Positions 33,012-45,175 are shown, counted from the stretch's first letter. The stretch: DNA of 64,000 nt from an uncultured Nitrososphaeraceae archaeon (GCA_963837175.1 CAWIMJ010000050.1:288001-352000), one strand, 5' to 3'. Notes: generated from the sequence alone by a model not told the origin. A program made the numbers and translations.

Positions 33012-33368
33012 ATGAGTAGCTCTGAAGAAGCAGAAGATGATCATTATATCACATTTGAAGACTTTTCGAAAATGCATTTGAAAATTGGTAAAATTATTCA
33101 TGTAGAAAATATCCCAGGGATGAAAAAAGTCTTAAAAGCCATAGTGGATATTGGAATAGATCGAAGAACTATCATAGTCGGCGCGGCAATTTTTTATAAA
33201 CCGGAGGAATTAATCGGCAAAGTCGTAGTTATTTGTACAAATATGGAGCCGCGTAAAATTGGCAATATAATTTCTAACGGAATGTTATTGGCGGCAGATG
33301 GATCTGATGGAAAACCTATCTTTCTCACAATAAATGAAGAAGCTCCAATAGGTGCGAATATTCATTAG
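33012..33368 (+). CDS. tRNA-binding OB-fold protein (Trbp111/CsaA/MetRS C-terminal-like)
   Basis: ITFEDFSKMHLKIGKI...NMEPRKI..IISNGMLLAA. Confidence 0.88.
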   Translation: MSSSEEAEDDHYITFEDFSKMHLKIGKIIHVENIPGMKKVLKAIVDIGIDRRTIIVGAAIFYKPEELIGKVVVICTNMEPRKIGNIISNGMLLAADGSDGKPIFLTINEEAPIGANIH

Positions 33369-33408
33369 AATGTTTAACTATTTTCCTGCAGGAATTGAGA
33401 AAGTCATT

Positions 33409-34320
33409 TTATGAGTGTACTTCCTCTGTATCCATTCCGTTTATTCTAGCCGTAAATGCAGTCACTGCTGTATAATCCAGCTCCGAATATCCCATGTTAT
33501 TTGTTACTCTATAGATCTGTTGAGCAAGAGAAGTAAGAGGTAAAGATACTCCTATGCATTGTGATGTACTTGTGGTAAGTTCTAGGTCTTTAAGCATATT
33601 TTTTAGATAAAAAGAGGGTTGAAAATCATTCTTTACCATTTTTGGGCCTTTGTTTTTGCTAATTCCTGTCTTAAAATAAGTAGCATTAATAATTTTAATA
33701 AAGATTTTAGGGTTTATACTAGCAGCCTTGACTAAAGTTATACCCTCAGACATTGCGCCAGCTATTAGCGCTATGTTCAAGTTCAGAGCCAATTTAACAA
33801 CATTAGCTGATCCATCATCCTCTCCAATGTAAAAAACTGAGTTTGCCAATTTGTCAATGATTGGTTTGACTTTCAGAAATGCGCCTTTAGGACCTGAAAC
33901 CATATGCACTAATTCGCCTTTTTCTGCTGCCATCGGGCCGCCCATTACCGGCATCGCAATAAAATCTATCTGCTTTTGCCTAAGTCGGTCAGCACAATAC
34001 TTTGATTGCTCAGGAGAGATGGTACTTGAATTTGCTATAATTAGCTGCTTCCGACCAGCCGCTATGATACCATTCTTGCCAAAGCATACCTCTTTTACTG
34101 CATCGAAGTCTGTAACACATATTAAAATAAAATCACAATTCAAAGCAACATCTCTGGGAGTTTTCAGTATCATACTTCTGGTTTTGGCAAATGGTCTAGT
34201 TTTTACCATATCACGGTTATAAACACATATCTGATGGCCTGTATTGAGTAATCTAATCGCCATCCGTGATCCCATCAATCCAAGCCCAATCACACCGATT
34301 CTCATAGTAAAAGAGATCAA
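33409..34320 (-). CDS. Beta-hydroxyacid dehydrogenase family NAD(P)-dependent oxidoreductase
   Basis: IGVIGLGLMG, NSSTISP, PVMGG, VKLALN, MLKDL; alternative start ATG 34305. Confidence 0.9.
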   Translation of the reverse strand: MISFTMRIGVIGLGLMGSRMAIRLLNTGHQICVYNRDMVKTRPFAKTRSMILKTPRDVALNCDFILICVTDFDAVKEVCFGKNGIIAAGRKQLIIANSSTISPEQSKYCADRLRQKQIDFIAMPVMGGPMAAEKGELVHMVSGPKGAFLKVKPIIDKLANSVFYIGEDDGSANVVKLALNLNIALIAGAMSEGITLVKAASINPKIFIKIINATYFKTGISKNKGPKMVKNDFQPSFYLKNMLKDLELTTSTSQCIGVSLPLTSLAQQIYRVTNNMGYSELDYTAVTAFTARINGMDTEEVHS

Positions 34321-34876
34321 TTTATAGACGAATAAAAATTCTCACCATAAAGCAATAATACTCTACATTTGATATAGCGTGTTTTTTAAATGTTCAAGGC
34401 AGATTAAGATGTAATCATTCTCTCTGATCTGAATCTCCCGTTTAGTATTTTTCTTTTCAACATTCCTAGATATTATTAGATCAAGTTTTAGGGAGAATGT
34501 AATAATAATAATAATAATACGATCCTTGAGATGGATATATTCCCTTAGCAAGAAATGTGCGAATTTTCAGAACAATTCTGCAATTTTTATCTAATACTTA
34601 TGGCAAGGTATAGGCCGGTTTCTACCGATAGTGATAAACCCTGCTATGATCCTTAAGAAGCATTGTGAAGAACCACTAAGTGTATCAAGGTTAATTGAGA
34701 ATTTTGATGATTTATTCCTCATCTGTTGATAAATTGTACAATTAAATCATCTCTAAATTGATTCAATCTATTATTGACAATTACTATTAAGAGGATCTTT
34801 TTTAGGTTAACAGCCATCTGATTGATTTAGTCGTATGCTCGAGAAATTGATGACAAGAGAAAAGATTAGCATTTTA

Positions 34877-35887
34877 TTATCTCTTTACTGTTGTGCTATT
34901 AACGTTTGCTCCTTGTTCTCCCATTGGAATTTGTATAAACGGAGTAGTACCTGCACTACCACTACCACCACCAGTTACCAGAGGCAATTTACCATCCCAT
35001 CTCTGAGTCTTTAACCATTCTAAATAAGTTGGACTAGTTCGTAGTTGTTGGTCAATTATCTTAATTGCCTGAGATTCTCCTTCAGCTTGTAAAACATTTG
35101 CCTGTCTTATACCATCGGCTCTAGCTACGTTAGCTTTTTGTTCTCCTACCGCTTTTGCTTCATTCTGTTGTGCCTCTATTTCTATCCTTCTCAAGTCATT
35201 TTGTGCTTGTAACGCTCTCTGCTGAGCTTCAACTTTTGCTTCAACTGCTTTTCTAAATTGATCTGAAAATTGGAACTCTGTTATAGATATGGTATCAACT
35301 ACGATATTATAGGGAGCTAGTCTTGATTTGATCTGTTCTTCTATTTGGTTCTTTACAGTTTCTCTCTTTGTAATGAGTTCTTCTGCATTGAATCTAGCAG
35401 TTACTTGTTTAACAGACTCTTGAATTGCTGGAGCAATTACTCTATTACCATATTCAAAACCTAATTGTTGGTAAACAACTTGTGCCCTATCCGGATTTAT
35501 ACGATAATTTAGTGCAACTTGTGTAGTGACATCCTGCAAATCTTTTGATGCTGAAGCAGCATTTTCAACTGTCTTTTGGGTTCTCACTTCCATTTGAATT
35601 ACGCTATCACGAAAAGGTGTTACAAAGTGTATTCCTTCATTTAATGATACACTTGTGTCTACAGCACCAAATTTTAATAAAACACCTCTATATCCTGCAT
35701 CAACTATCTTTACACTGGCACTAACTATAAATAATAATATTATAATGCCTATTATAGCAGGGATTACTATTCGAACAAATGGATTTGACAATCGTCCTCC
35801 CTGTTCAACATTTTCAAGCGGCTCTCCTTCAGGAGTAGTTCTTCTTCGTTCATAAGGCGATCCAGAGCGCCGAAATGGATTTCTCAC
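34877..35887 (-). CDS. Prohibitin/SPFH domain membrane protein
   Basis: TM anchor, GYRGV, EGIHF, SKDLQ, FNAEELITKR, AVEAKVEAQQ, WDGKLP. Confidence 0.92.
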   Translation of the reverse strand: MRNPFRRSGSPYERRRTTPEGEPLENVEQGGRLSNPFVRIVIPAIIGIIILLFIVSASVKIVDAGYRGVLLKFGAVDTSVSLNEGIHFVTPFRDSVIQMEVRTQKTVENAASASKDLQDVTTQVALNYRINPDRAQVVYQQLGFEYGNRVIAPAIQESVKQVTARFNAEELITKRETVKNQIEEQIKSRLAPYNIVVDTISITEFQFSDQFRKAVEAKVEAQQRALQAQNDLRRIEIEAQQNEAKAVGEQKANVARADGIRQANVLQAEGESQAIKIIDQQLRTSPTYLEWLKTQRWDGKLPLVTGGGSGSAGTTPFIQIPMGEQGANVNSTTVKR

Positions 35888-36410
35888 AAATCAATTACTG
35901 TATGAAACCGCATTTAAATTTTTTATTCTGAATCATGATTCTAATCTTGGTGGCAACGAATCTAAGATAATGAGGTTTTAAAATGTATGATATTTTTCGC
36001 TTTTTATAGAAAGGAGGGAGGGATAAACTGAAATAAGAGGGCATCAGGAAAAATAAAAATACAAAATTAAAACATTTCATTCATTGCTGATCACAATATA
36101 CATTTAAAGAAAATAATTTATAAACTAAATCTGAAATTACTCTCCATTATGATTAGTTATCATTCATTACAATTTAAAGATAGCAGCAGTCTTGAACACG
36201 AAATCCTTGAAATTTTACTCACGGTTAGTAGCAGTGGAATAATCTAAAACATCCTATTTGTCTTAATAGCAACAATTGATGACAATCATCAAGCATATTT
36301 TAGAAGCAAAATATATCTATCATTTTCATAATAATTTCTATTTTTCAAAACTTAGTCGTTTAATATTTCCCGTTTATTTGTATGAAGAATTGTTGATACA
36401 ATTGAACGAT

Positions 36411-36782
36411 TTATCTCTTTCCATTCACCAATTCGAGTGTATCTATTGCAATATCCATGACAGTATGCGGATCAACATTTGGTTCTATAGATACAACAAG
36501 TATATTTTTATCCATATAGAATGTTAACATTGAAATCTTTTCGCGTTCTACGTATGCAAATCGTGCTTTTCCCATTGTGTTATCAAATCTCTGTCTCATC
36601 GACTTTCGGATAGCTGTCTGCGCCAGATATAATTCATCATTATCCTGTTCTGTCATGGAATCAAGACCTTTACGCATGCCTCCAGCAAGTAATATACCAG
36701 TATCATCTATAATCCCAGCATAACGTATGTCATCATGTAATGCGAAGACTTCTTCGCATAGCTTTGTAAAATCCATAATCAT
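36411..36782 (-). CDS. Roadblock/profilin-like thaumarchaeal protein (DUF6659-like)
   Basis: IRYAGIID..G.LLAGGMRKG...MRQRFD..MGK..FAYVEREK. Confidence 0.75.
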   Translation of the reverse strand: MIMDFTKLCEEVFALHDDIRYAGIIDDTGILLAGGMRKGLDSMTEQDNDELYLAQTAIRKSMRQRFDNTMGKARFAYVEREKISMLTFYMDKNILVVSIEPNVDPHTVMDIAIDTLELVNGKR

Positions 36783-36994
36783 GTAATGAGAAATTTAACA
36801 TATAAAGAGATAGCTTTTTGTCTAATTGCATCTAATTATGTAGAGCTTAAAACATCGTGGCTCGTACATACAATTGGAAATATTTACAATTATAATTTTT
36901 GCAGTTATTGTAACCCATCTTTCGCGATTGCTTTAGTGAAGTGGTAGAAGCATTAGAGTTCTCTTTGTCTTTTGAACAAAGGTTGATAAAGTCA

Positions 36995-37300
36995 CTACCT
37001 TCTCATATTATAGAGTTTATTGATGATACTTGCTAATTTGAAGTCATAATTGCTAATTCCGTTCACGTCGTGTGTTACCAATTCAATTTTTATACGATTG
37101 TAAACGTTGAACCATTCTGGATGATGATTAATTTTTTCAGCCTCAATTGCTATTTCTGTCATGAAACCAAATGCCTGAACAAAGTTATCAAATTCAAGCG
37201 TCCTATTTAATTTGCCATTTTCGATTATCCAATCGGGATTTTTGCCAATCTCTTTTTTGATTTCCTCGTCAGACAACTTTTTGTATTCTTCTTCAGACAT
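36995..37300 (-). CDS. Pterin-4-alpha-carbinolamine dehydratase
   Basis: AEKINHHPEWFNVYN...THD..GIS..DF.LA. Confidence 0.93.
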   Translation of the reverse strand: MSEEEYKKLSDEEIKKEIGKNPDWIIENGKLNRTLEFDNFVQAFGFMTEIAIEAEKINHHPEWFNVYNRIKIELVTHDVNGISNYDFKLASIINKLYNMRR

Positions 37301-37820
37301 ATTCTATCCATATAATCTCACGTATAAAAGAAGCATGGTTGTCTTCAAAATTAACCATAAGATGAAGGTATAAAGGATCTTACATTATCTAATCGATATT
37401 CAAACAAATATAGAATGTGACGAATTCTTGTATTAGAATATTAATACTATTAGCATAATTTAGTGTGCATAATAAAAATTTCTAAATTTCAGTATTTGCG
37501 ATTCAACTGACTTTTATATTATCCAAATTTATGAATGCTTCATAATTTACCTAATATTATCCATATCGCCTATTATTTCATCAATAAATTATAAAAAAAC
37601 TCTTGAGGAGGCAAAACCAATCGTGGTTAACAAATAGAGGATTGTACCGCATACCCGTAAGTATGTTACAAAGTCATTGGATTTCATCATTATCACTTGC
37701 AAAATAGGGAATGAGTGTGTAATCCTAGTAAGATACGATTCAAACACTGCCGTTTTGATAAAGTGCAAAGGAAATTATAAAAGAATAAAGGAGAAGATTT
37801 GATTAACAAAGGTAAATAAT

Positions 37821-38633
37821 TTGCGACTATTGCATTCCAAAAAAGTGAGAACAAAAATTGACATTAACGATACGGCTAACATAATACTTTTTTTGGCAGC
37901 TTTTCTGGGAATCTGGCAACTTATTTTTATGTTGGGAATATGGCCCAAGGTATCACTGCCGTCACCTGCAATGGTTGCAGAATCTCTTGTAGGTTTAGTT
38001 GCTGATTCTTCCTTAATTGTTGGCATTGTGATAACTATGTGGAGATTAATCGTTGGCTTCTCTATTTCCATCATTATCGGAGTAGGAATTGGATTGGCCA
38101 TGGTCAAATTCACAGATTTCGGAAAGACGATGAGCTCGTTTGCTGTAGGCTTACAATCTTTCCCGAGCATAGCATGGGTTCCTTTTGCAGTATTATTAAT
38201 TGGATTGAACGATTCTGGTATATTGTTCGTTGTAATTATGAGCTCAGTTTTTTCAGTAATGATTTCTACTTATAGCGGAATTCGCAATATTTCACCAATC
38301 TATTTAAATGCAGCTAGAAATATGGGAGCGCACGGAATATCTCTTTTCCGTCATGTAATGATACCTGCTGCTACGCCATCCTTGATTATTGGGATTAGAC
38401 AAGCTTGGTCATTTGCATGGCATGCGTTGATAGGTGCGGAGATGTTGATAACAACATTAGTGGGTTTAGGACACATTTTGTTTGTTGGAAGAGAATTTCA
38501 ACTCATGGGACAAATTATAGCAACAATGATTACAATTTTCGCAATTGGCTTGTTATTTGATAGACTTCTTTTCTCTAAATTAGAAGAAAAGGTGAGGGAT
38601 AGATGGGGATTAAATCAGCAGAATGAACGCTAG
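37821..38633 (+). CDS. ABC transporter permease, nitrate/sulfonate/taurine (SsuC/TauC) type
   Basis: LPSP, FPSIAWVP, AARNMGA (EAA-like), LIGAEM, GLG. Confidence 0.9.
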   Translation: MRLLHSKKVRTKIDINDTANIILFLAAFLGIWQLIFMLGIWPKVSLPSPAMVAESLVGLVADSSLIVGIVITMWRLIVGFSISIIIGVGIGLAMVKFTDFGKTMSSFAVGLQSFPSIAWVPFAVLLIGLNDSGILFVVIMSSVFSVMISTYSGIRNISPIYLNAARNMGAHGISLFRHVMIPAATPSLIIGIRQAWSFAWHALIGAEMLITTLVGLGHILFVGREFQLMGQIIATMITIFAIGLLFDRLLFSKLEEKVRDRWGLNQQNER

Positions 38634-39162
38634 ACAGATAGAGGACTAGTTCTGAAAGGTTATTCAAATATTTTCATCAGATACGTTTAACAGGGTTGGC
38701 GATTTTTGTTAATGCTTGTATAATCGGATATTTGTATTCAATCCAATTTGTAGGCAATATTATCTAAAATGACCGTATGCATATCTTCTATTGACGTACT
38801 GATAACATTTATTTCACATTTTACTACTCTTTAGCTCTCTAGATATCTCTTTTACTTATAAATTGGCCATATCATGTACATCAAGTAAATAATTCATACT
38901 AAAACGCTTAATTGCTGTTACGTTGCCACTATAATAAGATATTGTTAAAATGACGATCTGAGATTATAAAATTGTTAATATTATTGAAGTAATTTTGCCG
39001 TTAGATTTGTTTATAAAGCAAAGTATCGCCTTACGCTCTCTACGAATATATTTGCTATTAAATATTTATGGTAGTCGCATAAATAAGTTGGTGATTACGT
39101 TCAGTCAGATCATCAATTTTAGTTAACCTTCACGGTTTATCCAACAAATTTATGTAAGTCAA

Positions 39163-40272
39163 TCAGTTTTCATATTCGTCCTTTGTTGATTTTTTATTGA
39201 CCTTCTTTGTTTGTTCTTCTAGATCATCTGTTCCCCTTTCGTTTACAGTAAATCTAGTTTCTGAGTATGGATGATATGGCGAATCTATCATCTTTGCAAC
39301 TCTGTTTTCTCCAGATTTTCTAAGGTAAATCCTATAAGTTGAGGCATGTCCTAACACATTTCCTCCAGCTGCTTTTGTTGGATCTCCAAAGAAGGTATCC
39401 GGAGAAGATTGCACTTGATTTGTTATAACTATGGCAATGTTGTAAATTTCTGTGAGTCTTACGAGTTTGTGCAGCATATTATTAAGCCTTTGCTGTCTAT
39501 CAGCCAGTGTACCTCTGCCAGCATATTCAGCTCTATGAAGAGAAATTATACTATCAATTATAACCATTTTCGCTTTAAAATCATTAATATATTTACCAAG
39601 ATCCTTTATTATTAGTTCCAAATGTGAGCTGTTATAGATTTTACATACCGCCACACTTTTCAATATTTGAGAAGGATCGAGACCTCGTGCTCTTGCAATT
39701 TGTTCTACTCTTTCAGGTCTGAATGTACCCTCAGTATCTATATATATTACGCCACCATCAAGTCCTCCTGCTGCAATTGGTTGTCTGGCTGTTGCACATA
39801 GTGTATGACATATCTGTGATTTACCTGAACCAAACTCACCATAGAATTCAGTAACAGCTTGTGTCTCTACACCTCCAAGTAAAAGTTCATCAAGAGCTGT
39901 AAATCCACTGGAACATCGTAGCATAGACTTTCTTTTTTCAAGAGCAGCATCGGCTGTAACAAACTCCTTTTCTAGAACATTAGACTCCCTCAAAAGCTTC
40001 TGAGCTGCCATTATAAATGATGCAGCGCTATCCTTAGAAGAATTAAGGTCTACAGCCAGTTCATCTGAACTTGTTACCGCAAGATCCATTACTGAGACAA
40101 TACCAGCCTCTTTGAGTTTCTTGGCCGTCGTAGGACCAATGCCTTCGATATCTTGGATTTCTAGATCAATAATAGGCGATGAACTTTCAGATATAATATT
40201 TGTATTATTCTTCTGGGCGATGTCATTATCAGATTCGTTCTCCATAGATACTTTTCGATCTACCATTTTCAT
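39163..40272 (-). CDS. radA: DNA recombinase RadA
   Basis: HhH GIGPTTAKKL, Walker A GEFGSGKSQ, YIDTEGTFRPER, GRGTLADRQQ, GGNVLGHASTYR; start 40272 or 40266. Confidence 0.95.
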   Translation of the reverse strand: MKMVDRKVSMENESDNDIAQKNNTNIISESSSPIIDLEIQDIEGIGPTTAKKLKEAGIVSVMDLAVTSSDELAVDLNSSKDSAASFIMAAQKLLRESNVLEKEFVTADAALEKRKSMLRCSSGFTALDELLLGGVETQAVTEFYGEFGSGKSQICHTLCATARQPIAAGGLDGGVIYIDTEGTFRPERVEQIARARGLDPSQILKSVAVCKIYNSSHLELIIKDLGKYINDFKAKMVIIDSIISLHRAEYAGRGTLADRQQRLNNMLHKLVRLTEIYNIAIVITNQVQSSPDTFFGDPTKAAGGNVLGHASTYRIYLRKSGENRVAKMIDSPYHPYSETRFTVNERGTDDLEEQTKKVNKKSTKDEYEN

Positions 40273-40683
40273 GATTGTATAATATTTGCTTATATTAATA
40301 TTGAAAAGTACCATGGAGGGAGGGAGGGAAAAAAAAGAAAGGATACGATTGATTCTCTATATATTATCATATACCTTTCAATCCATATTCTCTCGTTAAA
40401 GAATTATAACATAAGCAAATTCCCCTACAATACAATGCCTACCAGGTTGTTTCTAATTCTGCTTCTGTGTACTAAAGACCAAGGATATCTATAAGTTCTA
40501 TCAAAAGTAAATTTAATGGATTTACTTGATCTTATTGAAAAGGTTCTATCATATAGAAGGTTTGAACAATAAAAATGGTAGATACATCATCGATAACAAT
40601 CGCACAGTTCAGCTTCTGCACAATCGTTAGATAATATCTTGTATATTCTACTTGGATGAGAAAACCAGACAAAAAAGCCGCAC

Positions 40684-41013
40684 CTAAAAAAATAATGAGC
40701 CTATCTGAATAAAAAAACCCAAAGCGATTAATTGTATACCTATACGCTTAGTTCCTAGTATTTTATCACTGATATAACCGACGGGAAAAGGAGTGATCAT
40801 TTGCTCGTCCAAATCGTTTACTGCTCGCGTCTCTAAATCCTCCAGTTTTATTATAGGACTTTCGATATCATCTAGTTGCTTTGTTGGCCTTAATATATTT
40901 GGCTGGTGATTCTTAGATTTTAGTTCCTTTATAATTATCCAAACAAATCCGATAACCTCAAGACCTAATCCCAGAAGGTTCAAAAACAAAGATATCAGTA
41001 AATTGTCTAACAT
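40684..41013 (-). CDS. Hypothetical two-TM membrane protein
   Basis: Hydrophobic N- and C-terminal helices. Confidence 0.6.
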   Translation of the reverse strand: MLDNLLISLFLNLLGLGLEVIGFVWIIIKELKSKNHQPNILRPTKQLDDIESPIIKLEDLETRAVNDLDEQMITPFPVGYISDKILGTKRIGIQLIALGFFIQIGSLFF

Positions 41014-41268
41014 TATAGTTGGTTAATGATTTTATCAAAGACCAAATTAATATTGTTTTACTGATCTTTGGTTGAGTATTTGGTTAAAATATGCACGATT
41101 GGAATATAGCTACATGTCTGACTACTACTACAAACCTTGATAATTCTTTGCTGAGTTTTTATAAGCGAGGATGCCAAGAAGTAAAGTATAAGAGTATAAT
41201 CTATAGCTGATATCTTTTGTTGATGTCCTCTATTTTCCCTAGACGGTGTATAACACTCAGAATAATGG

Positions 41269-41300
41269 GGATTCTAAAGTTAAAGGATTCTAAAGTTAAA
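41269..41300. repeat. Perfect 16-bp tandem duplication
   Basis: GGATTCTAAAGTTAAA twice. Confidence 0.85.
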
Positions 41301-41434
41301 GAATTTTAATTCAGTTAAGACAGCACCAGGAATGGTATAAAGATTTGAGTGAGTCGAATTTATATTGTATGCTAGTAAAATTTTTTCACTTTCGATAATA
41401 TTTTATAAGATTGTATTGCTAATTTAAAGGTAGA

Positions 41435-42508
41435 TTGCAACGAAACGAACTGCTAGGTAAAGAAGCTGAACTCTACTATAAACTTCCAAATGGTAGGATA
41501 AAGTGTACTGCATGTGCTAGATTTTGTGAAATACCTGATGGTAAAATTGGGCTATGCGGCATACGGGGAGTAGTTGAGAACAAATTGCGTTTATTTGTAT
41601 ATGGCAGGGTTATCGCAGGTCATATCGATCCAATAGAGAAAAAACCTGTGACGCATTATAAGCCTGGTACTGCTATATTCTCAATAGCTACAACAGGCTG
41701 TAACTGGCTTTGTAAATATTGTCAAAATCACGATATTTCACAGCGTCGCAAGATAGAAGGTATCCAAATGACTCCTGAGCAGGTTGTAGATACCGCTGTG
41801 AGTTACGGTGCACAAGGAATTGCTTATACGTATAATGAGCCCTCTATCTTTATTGAATTTGCAAAAGATTGTGGTGTAGAAGCTCATAGAAAAGGTATTT
41901 TTAATATTTTTGTTTCAAATGGCTATGATACTCCTGAATCAGTTAGTTTAATGAGCAAATTCCTGGATTGTATAACAGTAGATTTTAAGGGAAGTGGAAA
42001 ACAGGAATTTGTAAGACAATATATTGGAATTCCAAATTCTGAACCAATTTTTCAAACACTAAAAGAAATAAGGGATAAGTCAAGTATTCATACTGAGATC
42101 ACAGATCTCATTGTTCCAAAGGTAGGAGATGATTTAGAATCTGCAAGAAAGCTGTGTAAATTTGTCTACAATGAATTGGGACCAGATACTCCGATTCATT
42201 TTTTGCGATTCCATCCAGATTATAAAATGATGGAATTTGATGATACTCCAATTGCGACACTCGAAAAGCATCATGCTATTGCAAAAGAGGAGGGATTACG
42301 ATATGCCTATATTGGAAATGTTCCAGGCCATCCATTAGAACATACATACTGTCCGGAATGCAAGAATGTTGCTATAGAACGTTACGGATTTAGTATAGGC
42401 TCGTGGAACCTAGATGACAGTAATTGCTGCAAAAACTGCAGTTATCCTATTCCAATTATAGGAAAGCTAACCAAAATTAGAAAGAACCGGTTTGCGTTTC
42501 TTCAGTAG
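41435..42508 (+). CDS. amrS: AmmeMemoRadiSam-system radical SAM enzyme (PflA-like)
   Basis: CTACARFC, DPIEKKP, GCNWLCKYCQN, YTYNEP, RFHPDY, YIGNVPG..EHTYCPEC. Confidence 0.9.
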   Translation: MQRNELLGKEAELYYKLPNGRIKCTACARFCEIPDGKIGLCGIRGVVENKLRLFVYGRVIAGHIDPIEKKPVTHYKPGTAIFSIATTGCNWLCKYCQNHDISQRRKIEGIQMTPEQVVDTAVSYGAQGIAYTYNEPSIFIEFAKDCGVEAHRKGIFNIFVSNGYDTPESVSLMSKFLDCITVDFKGSGKQEFVRQYIGIPNSEPIFQTLKEIRDKSSIHTEITDLIVPKVGDDLESARKLCKFVYNELGPDTPIHFLRFHPDYKMMEFDDTPIATLEKHHAIAKEEGLRYAYIGNVPGHPLEHTYCPECKNVAIERYGFSIGSWNLDDSNCCKNCSYPIPIIGKLTKIRKNRFAFLQ

Positions 42509-43290
42509 AAGTCGATAAAGAGATGGATATTTGAATTTTCTTATCCTTTTCTTGCAATATAAACTATTACGAAATTTTTTGTTTCCTTCTCATATTAAAT
42601 ACACATGTGATGCAGTCATCCGAGGATATGATACAATACTACTAAGAAAAGAGCATTGTTATTTAATTAATTTTCTGGTATTTTGTTTGTTTATTATGAG
42701 ATCAATAGAGTTGTAATGATTTGCTCAGAGATAATACTCAGATAAGTATCCAACAGCTAATTTAGAGGAATATATTAATATTCAGCTATTTTACAGGTTA
42801 TTTTATAGAATCTTCAGATGAGTATTGCTTGAAATAATGTTACAGAAATGCAATAAAAATCAATAATCGGTAGGATCAAATGTTACACTTCAGGAACGTC
42901 TAATTATTTATAGAAGATTAAGTAAACACTTTGTATAAAGAAATTGCAGTACTTCACTAGATTCCAAGATATATAGGAAGAAGAAAATGTAAATATGTAT
43001 AAATGTCTGGTAGTATGAACTGCCTATCCAAAAAGGTCTATCACTTGATGATCTTCAGCATAGTTTCAAACCAATTTCCTTTTAGTAGCAATATGACAAC
43101 ACGTTGAAATTGCGCGTAAGTTACCCCCTTTAAAACCATTTCTTTTTCACTCTCCAAGACCATAACTGTTAACCTATATTCCTTGTTTTTTTCCTAGATG
43201 ACTACAAGAACCATTAATTATCTTTATACCTTAGTAACATATCTTCGTCCACAAGATCAATATTCAAATCGTTTGCGGAATTATATTACT

Positions 43291-43908
43291 TCATACTATT
43301 CCCTTTCCTCCTAATTCTTCGAGAAATGCAATTTCTGACAATCGTTTTCTTTGCCGCGGTGCAAATGCCTTCTCTCTTAGTCCTGTTGGTAATATGAGAT
43401 GTGAATCCTGGTATCCTACTGCTATCATGATGCCTGCTTCAAATTCTTCAGGTATATTGAAAACTTCCCTAGCTTTCTGTACATTAAAGCCCCCCATTTC
43501 GTGCATAATTAGGCCCTGATTAAATGCTTCAAGAAACATATTCTCATTCGCCGCGCCTAAATCATGAAAATGAAGTCTATTATGATTTCCATTATCAGAA
43601 TACGTCTTTCTTGTTATTGCGCAGATGAGAATTGGAGCTCTTTTGGCATAATCATTTATTTCATTTAAGACCGATTGAGCTTTATTTAATTTTTCTGGAT
43701 TATCATTAGTAAAAACAATGTAGCGCCATGGTTGTTCGTTACGTGAAGATGGAGCCCATCTAGCAGCCTCAAGTATAGATAACAATTTTGATTTTTCTAC
43801 AGGTCTTGTAGAAAATGCTCTTGCACTCCATCTTCTTGCTATTATATCATTTATAGGAAAATCAGTCTTTGCAGATTTTGTTAACATTTCTTTGTCAGAG
43901 TGGATCAA
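43291..43908 (-). CDS. Nitroreductase family protein
   Basis: RWSARAF, AARWAPSSRNEQPWRY, HEMGGF. Confidence 0.92.
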   Translation of the reverse strand: MIHSDKEMLTKSAKTDFPINDIIARRWSARAFSTRPVEKSKLLSILEAARWAPSSRNEQPWRYIVFTNDNPEKLNKAQSVLNEINDYAKRAPILICAITRKTYSDNGNHNRLHFHDLGAANENMFLEAFNQGLIMHEMGGFNVQKAREVFNIPEEFEAGIMIAVGYQDSHLILPTGLREKAFAPRQRKRLSEIAFLEELGGKGIV

Positions 43909-44842
43909 TGATTGTCCACACTATTGGTTTATTCCATTATATGGAGGTAACGAAGTAATGTATTCAATAATGCAATTAGCATTAATTAAGTCATACTATA
44001 TTGGCTCATATTAGATACGCAGAATATGATGGAATTATATGACAATAAGTGATAGATCAAAGGAATCATTCTTTGTATAGCTCTAAATAATACTATGAAT
44101 GATCATTTTTTGTTGTTAAAAACAACCTTAGAAAGGTGAAAATGAGATTAATAGAAAACCTGACTCATCAATATATTACAATAATAGCATATTTTTAGAG
44201 TAAATTAATTGGTCTAACTATGACCCTGAAGAATAAAAATAGGCGATTATTTCTGAAAGGTATAATTACATAATACAAATAGAATGGACAACGAATAATT
44301 TTGGTTCATTTTATTGTTCTAATCAGAATTCTTCGGACGCTAATTACACAACAATACAAGATTCTCAGGTCAGACTGCTAGAATAATTAAATTCATGGAA
44401 GTTATAGAATTCATTCATATAAAATAAGTTGAAAATCGAAATTATCATTAAAACATCATCTAATAATAATTGACTATCCATCATCAATTGTCATTTTTGG
44501 TCATGACATCCATGTAGTATAAAGAGACATCTAACTTATCTCTTAATCGCAAACAAAATATCTATTCTTTATTGTATTAGGAACTGAAACGGCCGGGAAG
44601 GGTTTGGTTTATCTTCTTCCTATACTGAGCTGAATTAAATGTTTCAAAATCTGGTAACGATCAGTTGTATATGGTCATTTTTAGCTATTATCAGTTGGCC
44701 CATGCCTAATCACACATTTTATGCCTTGGTAAGTTATAACTAAATTAGTTATAATATTTGAGTTTTATAAATATAAATACATTTTAGAAATAAAACAATA
44801 AATTTAAGAGGAATTAAATGATTAAAGTTAATCGCTTCCTCT

Positions 44843-45175
44843 TTATTCAAGTATGCCCTCATTGTCATATTTTTGCTCAACACATATAGTGAATCCTACA
44901 TGTGCACAGTCGTCTGTATGACATGTCTTACATTGTGGTATTCCAGCATGCGTTTGAACATTTACATCATCGGCAAGGTTTTGATCATATAGTATGGCGT
45001 ACTTATTATTAACAAACTCTTTTAAAATAATGGGATTATTGGTAGATTGTTTGTTCTCAGAACCTAACCATTGCATAAAGGCGGTTGTACCTTGATCTAA
45101 CGAATTACAGGGCAGTACTAATCTAGAATCACTATGATTTCTTTTTGTTTTTGTTATTTTGCTTTTACCAAACAA
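44843..45175 (-). CDS. Hypothetical protein with C-terminal CxxC-x4-CxH (SWIM-like) zinc motif
   Basis: CKTCHTDDCAHVGF; start uncertain. Confidence 0.6.
   Translation of the reverse strand: MFGKSKITKTKRNHSDSRLVLPCNSLDQGTTAFMQWLGSENKQSTNNPIILKEFVNNKYAILYDQNLADDVNVQTHAGIPQCKTCHTDDCAHVGFTICVEQKYDNEGILE

Noticed and set aside
40316-40340. GGAGGGAGGGAGGG upstream of radA as a G-quadruplex
   Set aside because: Only three full G3 runs; no other support.
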